Origin: a virus
IMG/VR virus record: IMGVR_UViG_3300046163_000090
Coordinates: 32,001 to 96,000 of that record
Reading direction: 5' to 3' (one strand)
DNA length: 64,000 nucleotides
Shown piece by piece: positions 1 to 9,000 of this stretch (its first letter is position 1; every line of letters begins with the position of its first letter). The notes below the pieces were generated by a model. That model did no database searches, was not told the DNA's origin, and saw only the letters and a program-made list of their open reading frames with translations. The position numbers were made by a program, and so were the translations under genes.

Positions 1-1
1 T

Positions 2-3000
2 ACGGCTATAGAAGAAATAAAAGAGAGGGCTGGAGCAAGGCAAGGCGGTTATATAGCTGGCCCAATTGCGACTATGTCAATTCCAACAGTAGGCAGAGTT
101 GTTTACAATAAAAACGAAACAATAAAGCAATTTGATGGAATGTCTCAACCAGCCATAATGCCCCCTGAAAAAAGTAAAGCTGGGAAAGAGTATAAAAACG
201 ACTTTTCTACACATCATGGCTTTGACCCTTATTCTCATAATTCATTTAGTGCAGGGGGATTTATTCCGAATTACTCTTTCTCGACAATGAATCAAAATAG
301 GCTACGCGATAGTAAATCAAGAAATAGGGGCGTCAAAAACCTTAACTTAGAATACTTTTATCCTGCAGCTGGACAAGGTGGTGGCACTATATTTAAAATG
401 TATAAAGATATAGTTCGCTCTGCAGACTCTGGTCAACCTTATACCAATATACTGGCTGGAGAAATTATTGGGCCGAGGATACCAAAAATGATCGTCGAGG
501 GTAAAAAGATGTTAGATAAAGCTAGATTATCTGGCAAAAAAATTCCCAAAATGTCAATTCAAGGAACAATCTTTCCGTCTATGTTGACTCGCAAAATTGA
601 TAAATTTGCTTCTGACAGAAAAGATGGCTATATTCATCCACCTGTTGATTATATCCCTGGAGAAGAATCTGAAGTCAGAAAATACCTTAAGAGCTTAGGT
701 GCTGACCCAGAATCTCATGATACTGTTAAATTACAGAATGTATATAAAGGTGGTTATGATACTGGCTTCATTCCTAGCTTTGCTTTGAAAGCTGGACTTA
801 TTCCTGGGACAAACATTCTAAGATTACCTACAGCTAAGATGATTAATGAAACTACAGCTTCTGATTTCAAGGGTAATAAAATTAAAGGCTGGCAAACTTT
901 AGAGGCTACAGTTGATAATGTGCAAAAGCATGCACAAACATATAGAAATGAATTAAGCGAACTCAAGAAAGTTGGAGTGGATTTGTTGCAAAGAAAAATG
1001 TATTTCTCAAATCAATCTCAACATATACCAGTTAAAGATAGAAAAAAGATAGCTCGCCAACAAAAGAAGATGACGTCCATGAAGGGTTTTGCTGGCCGCA
1101 ACCAACACAAGATTACTGGCAACTCTCAAGAAGACGCTTTATTTAAATCTTCTCTCGAAAATAAAGGTTATTATCCAACTTGGACTGGAGCTTATACGGC
1201 GGAGGGCAGACAAAAAGGTAAAGGCGATGAAAACTTTAAGGTTGACTTCTTTGCTCCTGGTCGTAAGCCAATAGAATCAAAATACGGAAAGTATACTGCC
1301 CCTAATCTTATAGCTAAAAGCATACGCCTTTATAGTGATAGTTATATTGAGGAATTTTTATCTAGATCAGGCAGATCAGATTTATCCGAAAATATGCGAA
1401 AAGGCAAGTTGAAGGACTCGACTAATATGTTAACTTCCTTAGGCTATAAAGATGTTAATGCGGATATGGTGTTAAGAGCAGGGTTGTTCAACGGTTATTT
1501 ACCTGACAGAAAGAACAACGTTAATCAAAACCTGAGAACCGTTAAAGAGTTAGAAGGTCGCGAAACTGTGTCAGGTTATTCAGCTATGAGTTCAAGCGAG
1601 ATGTTTGATGAATTTTCTTCTAATTCTGACAGAAATTTTCCAGGATTAGAAAAAATGTCTAAAGATGGAATATGGAATAATAAAAACAAAAAATCCAGAA
1701 AAAAAGAGAGCTTTTACCACAGGGGAATCGTACCTAATTTTTCCAAAAACTGGGCACAAGGCAAATCAAAATCTTCAGACAAAAATCAAGGCAGAAAAAG
1801 AAGCCCTCAGGCAGAAATAATAAAAGCTATCAGGGCTACTCTTAGCAAAAGGGGTATAAAAAGAAGTGCCATGGCTGAAGATAAAATTTTATTTGCTGCA
1901 GAAAAATATATATCGGCCACAAAAAGCAGAGACTACCCTGGTGGATATGTTAATGTAAATGGAAATAAAATTAATTTAAACGAAATAACTTTAGCTCTAA
2001 AAAAACATGGCGACTACCACCCATCATTTGATGATACAGTAGAATTTGATGGAAGTAAAAACCATAAGGACAATTTAATGTTTGAAGAGTTGGAGCAAAA
2101 ACGACTTCCAAATTTTGCAAGATACGGCATGTCATCTTTGAGAAGCCCTATTATGTTTAAGAATGGAAACGAAGGTAGTTTTGGTAGATCTTATTTAGCA
2201 ACAACTTCAAAGTCGGGTAAATTATTTTTACTAAAAGACGGCCATAAACCTTTCTCTGATTATATGAAAAAGATGGGTAAACCCGAACCTAAATTAAAAG
2301 AAGGTGCAGTCGGGGGAAGAGAAGGTTATTGGGTGAATTCGGGAGCTGACGATGTTAAAACTTGGGCAGAGCTTCCAAATACTAAATTATTAGCTTCTCA
2401 GGAAAAAAGGAGAGCCGAAGCGCAGGCTATAGAAAACGACAGAAAGGCTAGATTAAATCCTGGAGTATTTGATCCAGTTTTATCTAATGGTAAAATTTTC
2501 TTCAGCGATGGTTCTAGCGGTTCTGTTAACCCCGATTCCCTTTCTAAAAAAATGGGCAAAGAATATAAACATGTCGAAGTTGATAAGAGAGCCCTGCATA
2601 ACTATGCAAAAGAAAACAAGATAACTAAAAAAAGCGGCGGCACAGAAAGTACTCATTTAGGTAATGCTTTTAATAAAATCTTAAACCTACCTAGAAGCGA
2701 GTTTCTTAAAATGAAGCATATTGTTCGCCCGAGAATGCAAACTGATGGAGAGAAAGATTTAGAAAGAAAAATGAATGCTCCTAGCAAACCTATTAAATGG
2801 GATGTTAGAGATAACCAAAAAGGTAAAAAACAATATAATTTAAAAGCGGATGATACAACATTCAGACAGTTCTCTACATTCTTGCTAGACCAAGGAGTCC
2901 CCAAGAGAAGTGTAGATAATATACACAAAGCTCTCGCAAATAAACAAGCTCATTTAGATAAAATAGTTAAAGAAGCTAGAGACAAGAGGAGTATGGGCAG

Positions 3001-6000
3001 AGGCAGAGGCGTGTTTTTTGACGCAGCCAAGAAACAAGAAAGCTTTGAAAAAGGTTTTTCTATACCTACTGATGGATTATTTATCAAAAATCTAAATCAA
3101 ATGGTTAGGGATTTTAATAAAACTGTTTATAACTCTGATGGATTTATTCCTAATTTTATGTTTGGAAATGAAGCTCCAGAACAAAGTACCCTGTATCCTA
3201 CGAAAAAAGATTTAAAAATAAAACAATACAATAATGCATTAAAAGACTTCCTGGAGCATCAGGACAATATAAAAAACAAAGCCTGGTCTATGGCAGATTT
3301 TGCAGGCTATATAAATAACGATGAACTATCATACCCTAATCTCGGAGACACTGCCGCTGGACACTCGGTCAATATTCTAAAAGGCAAAAGCCTCATATAT
3401 CATAGTTTAGCGAAATCAAGCAAACCTCTTCTTGAGGAATTTGTTACAGGCTTAGGTAGAAAAACAAACGCTCAATCCATAGGAGCAGCATACGAAAAAT
3501 TAATTGAAGATAATTTTGGGGTTCAGTCACTAGGACACAATGCTCCAATAGATTACAAAAACCTTGGTCAAAAAGTAAACGACTTTAAAGAAGTAAGAGA
3601 TCCTTCTGGAAATGCTATCAATGAGCCTAAATATACTTTACTTAACAGCACAAAACCTAATTCTCCCGTAGAAGCTGCTGGTGGTACGGGACACACAAAA
3701 CAACATATGGGTCGAAAAGGTCCACGTTTTGCAGCTCAAAATCCAACTGGACTAAATGACATAAAAGCGACGATTTTAAGTACTCTTAAAGGTGGACCAA
3801 CCAAAACAAAGGAACCATTAACAATAGGGACTGAACGAATAGTAGAATTAACTCAAAAAGGCCAGAGCGATGAACAGAACTTATCAGGCTATGATCCAAA
3901 GTTTAAGGCCTTTCAAATAATTTCAGAACCTTCAGATACAGCATTCAAGAAAACAAAAAATATTCTTAGATCTATGAAGGGAACAAAGCAAGTGAAAGAT
4001 AAATCTGCAATCAGCAGCAGGGTAAAAGCTCAAAAAGGTAATAATTTTAATATTAACCTTTTTGGTGGGTATGGAAAATCTGCACATCTAGTAGGTTCTC
4101 AAAATATGATAAAGCTAGAACAAGAGATTGAACAAGAAATAAATAAACAATATAAAAATCAAAGTTCAAAAAATAAAGCAAATTTCAGCAAACAAGTAAA
4201 GAATGCTTCTCAAAATACTTTCGAAATAAAATACGATAAAGATATACTGGATCTCGCGACCCATCCAATAACAAAATCACACGGACACATTCCCAACTTT
4301 TCCGCATGGAACCCTCTGACTAAAAATACTCAAAGCATTGCAAAGCAAGGCGGCTTAGCTACTAATAAGTTTGATCTTGCAAAAATAATTCAAAACTCTC
4401 CGTTCAAAGACTTGCTACGCAGACATTACCATTGGAATAACTTTCCCGAAAAACATAAAAAGCGCCTCAACGAATGGCTTAGGTCTCAAGGCTACACAAA
4501 TAGGACACTGCAAGGATGGGGTGTACTTTCGAGAAATAGTGGATCCATAGCGAAAGGAGCTACAGAAATACTAACGTCTTCTGGGCACATTCCAAATTTT
4601 GCAAACCCACTAGGAGATGCTATATCCAGAGAGAAAGAAGCCCTGAGAGAGCGAGGCTCTGCCGCCGACATTTACATAGATCAAGATAATAGACTCAAGA
4701 ATCCAAAGAATCCAGCAGGTTTATTGGTTGCTAATACTCGAGACGAACCTAAGTCTGGCTCGCAAGGCGTTAATCGAGCAATATCGATGGGTATGGATCC
4801 AAAAACTCATGGTGCGAGCAGTGGGGTTGTTCCGAATTTCGCATCAAGCACAAAGGGTAGTAGCAGTAGTAATAAATCCGCTAACGAAATAAAAGACACA
4901 GGCAAGGCAATGAAAGAAGCTGGTGATGCTAGCGGTGACCTTATGATGAAAATGATGGGCCTAACCACTCTTACTTATGCTTTAGATGGAGCCATGGGTG
5001 AAGCTTCAGAAACAGCTTCTGGCTTTCAAAAAGCAATGGGGGTAGTAAATGCTGCCATAATGGGGGCTAGTCAAGCAGCCATGCTTGCAATGGTAGTGCC
5101 TAAAGGTACATCTGCGAAAGGTAGAAGAAAATTGAACGATGGATTCGAAAAGGCTAAAAACGCCTATGGTTCCAAAAATCAAAGTACGGGATCAAGACTC
5201 AAAGCTGGGCTAGGTGGAGCTGGAATGATGGCAAAAGGAGCTGGAGGAATGTTGATGGGTGCGCTTGGACCTCTAGGCATGGCTGCAGCAGCATTAATTC
5301 CAATCTTTTCAGCTCTAAAAGAACAATTTGGTTTATTTAAAAGCAATATAGAAAACATTGGCGATTCACTAAATGCTGCCAGAAAACAACAAGACTTACT
5401 TAACCAAGCTACATCAAGTTTATCTTCCGAGCAACAAAATGCAAAAAGTATTATAGAATTAGAATCCAAAGGTAGAAATCTAAGTTCTGAACAAATGAAT
5501 GAATTGCATAAATTAAGGATTCAAGAAATTCAAAATCAAGGTAAGTTGCAAGGAAGCTTGGAATCGGTTTCAGCTAATTTTGATTTATCAGAAAAACAAC
5601 TTAAACTTTTAAGTGGCTCATATGCTGATCAACAAAAACTATTAAAACAATTAGAATCAGCTCAAGTCAGATACATTGCATCTTTAGAACTAAGAAAAAC
5701 TCGGGCAGAAAACAGAGAAAAACTAGGTGATACAGACGCTGGGCTTGCTGATTTTTTAAATATTTTTCAGCTGGGTGACTTCCAAAAAACTCTTGCATTG
5801 GGTAAAGAATCTGCCGATAATATAGCTAGGGGTGAAGCTGATACTTTTTACGAGACTTATATGTCTGGAAAAATCAATGAAGGTAATGCTCAAGAAGTTA
5901 ATAAGCAAATAAGTGGAATTGTTTCCCTAAATCTTAGTAAATTAAGAGGTGGTGATGCTTTTGATTACGAAGATTTTGCAAGAGACGATGAATTTCAAAG

Positions 6001-9000
6001 TCAATTTTCTAACTTAGCTAAAACCTTAGGTTATGAAAATAATCCAGAAGAAGGTCCAGATTTAAATGAATTTAAACGAAGAATGTCTGAATCAATAGCT
6101 TCCGTAAATGCTCAAAGTTATTACTCTGGAATATTCGGGACTAACTTAAATCCGTTTAACAGTGGACAATTCACACAAGACGAACGAGAAACATCAAAAA
6201 CTTTCAAACAACAACTTCAACGTAGAGTTTCTGGAGCGAAAGAAGATGATGCAGCAAAAATTGCCAAAAAAAGCGAACAAGTAAATTTAATTGACATTGC
6301 CAATGAATCTAATAAAATGGCAAAACAAATATCCTTTGAGCAAGATAGAGCTTTGTCTTTAGCTAAACAACGATTAAAAATTGAGCAGAAAATTTTTGAA
6401 CAAGATCAAGCTAGATTAGGGTTGACTGATGAAATAGAAGATTTTCTTGGAGTGTTAAATGTTGATCAAAAAGTAGATAGGCAGTTTGATCGAAAAGAAA
6501 CAGCTATTGATCAAAAAGCAGAACAAGATATTAAATCCCTAAGAATTGATGCCAGGGCAGAATCTAAAAAATTCCTCGAAGATAAAATAAAAACAGATAG
6601 ACTTAATAATTCAATGTTTGACCCCATGACTGGAATCAATCAAGATAAAGTTGAAAAACTTCTACGAGAGATTGCAGATAATACAGATCCCAATTCAAAA
6701 GCAACATCAAAAGAAGAGATAGACTTTGCTAACAAATTCGAAAGGTCAGCTATAGAAGCAATGAAGGGCAAGGGCATCGATCCTTCGTCGTTTAATAAGG
6801 AGAAAGAATTAACCGAACAATTGAATAAGGCTATTGCGAAACGAAACGAAATAAATGCTAATTATAAAGATGATCAGTATATGAGGAAAAGGATGACTGA
6901 GCAAAACCCCGAAGCAAGTGAGGAAAATATTCAGCAGCTTTTTAATGAAAGGATACAAGCTAGAGCAGACAACCCAATCCTTAACAAAGTAACTCGGGCT
7001 CAAGAAGATTTTACCTCCCGATATACAAAAGGGTTCAATCAGGTTATGGCAGATTTCAGAGAAAGAAAACAAGTTTTGGCAAGGCCAGATGCTATCAGAA
7101 TATATGAACAGTCTAGTGACTACAAGGCTTTAGAGAAAGATATGCAGAACAAAATTCAGTCACTTGTAGAAATGTCAATATCTGGAAGCAATAACCAGAA
7201 TAATGAAGGCAAAGAGCAGACTAAGCGTCTTAGTTTTAGCAACACATTATACAATGAAGCTGAGAGAACGATATCAAGAGCTAATAAATCATTACTCAGT
7301 AAAACAGAGCTCGAGCTACAAAAAAGCCTAAAGATTCAAGAGAGAATAACTAAAGAAGCTCAAAGTCCAGCTCATTTAAATCAGCTTTACTCAGAAAATC
7401 CTAGAGCAAATCCTAAACATATTTCTAGTTTAGAAGAACAAATAAAAGATCTCTCGAAACCTCCTGCGGATACAACCTTGAGTAATAAGCCTGAAGGATA
7501 TAAAATATCGTCAACATATGATATTAAGGAGATGGACGAATACATACTCAAAACAAAAGAAAGATTAAAAAACTTGAACTTTAGTAATGGCAGCACTTTA
7601 TCTGGATCCACAAATCCTGATGCTGCCACTGATAACATTAATTCAATAAAGAACCAGGAAACAGAGGAAGCTATAGCTAGCATTCCGCCCGTTTCACCTA
7701 GTGAAAAAGCTTTAATGAATAATGCAAGCTCGCCAGAACGAATAGATATTCAAGCCAGAGCTAAAGAACAAGATACTGCTGACCGCATAAAGCTAGTAGG
7801 AGCGAATGCTCAAGCAAAAGGAGTTAAGGATGGCACTAGAATAGCCGAAAGTAAGCTAAAAGATAAAGCTAATTCCTTAACTAATAGAGAGCAAACTATA
7901 CTTCCAGATTTATTTCAACAGCAACAAATACAAGGAATTAAGTATGACTCTAGTCCATCAGTTTCCAATCCTGGAGTATTCGGCCAAACAGGTGACATGC
8001 CTTTAGTAAATCCGAACGATCCTATTTATCCAATTAATCAAGCAAGAATGGGTAAAGATTTAGCTCTGCCAGTTTCTACTCCAGATAAAATTGACGGAAA
8101 ATCTACTGAAGCTCGAGCGAAAAGTGAAGCTGAAATTAATAAGATTATGAGTGAAATTTTTATCCAGCTTAGAGATCACAAAAAGATAGCTGGTGGTGTT
8201 GTTGATAAAACTAAAGCTAGAAGTATGATTATTGATGGTCTACTTCAACTTGATGATGATATTGAAAGAGCAAAAGCTATTGAACTTATTAACACTTCAA
8301 ATGTAACAACTTATACTGATCATGAAATTGATTTAATAAAACAAGGATTGAATCAAAAACAAGCTACATTATCTGATCAAGAGCAAGCCGCTCGACAGGA
8401 AAAGAAAGCGAATAAAGATGATCTAGATCTCCAGAAACTCAGTGAATCATTCCGAAATAGAACAAACGCAGGCCTCCAAGAAACTCTCAGAATAAGAGGC
8501 GATATTAATAATTACGAAGAAAGAGTATCAGATGCCGTTCAACATAATCTTGGAGTTCAAAGCGGATTTGCGAAACTTTCATCCGAAATGCTTAATGTGC
8601 AAATAGGGAAACTCAGAAGCATGGAACGGGATGGCTCTCTAGCAAAACATTCCGAGAGTTTAGCAAATGAAGAGCTTGGCAGAGAAGAGAAGCAGCGAAT
8701 ATTGAGCACTGCTATGCTTAAAGCAAAAAATAATTTACTAGATGGCACGGAAAGAGGTGTCCAGATTGCTGGAGATAATTTTGATGCTCAAGAAGAAGAA
8801 CGCAGATTGACCTTAATCGCCGCTCAAAATAAATTAAAACTTTCAAATTTATCTGAAAAACTATACAAGCAGGCAGAAACTGAAAGCTCCATAAAAGTAG
8901 CTCAATTAGCTATTGAGAATAAACTACTAGCTCAAAAAACAAAATTATATGAGACTACAGAAGCTTTAACAAAAGAAGTTGAGGGCGAGTTAGAGCAGCA

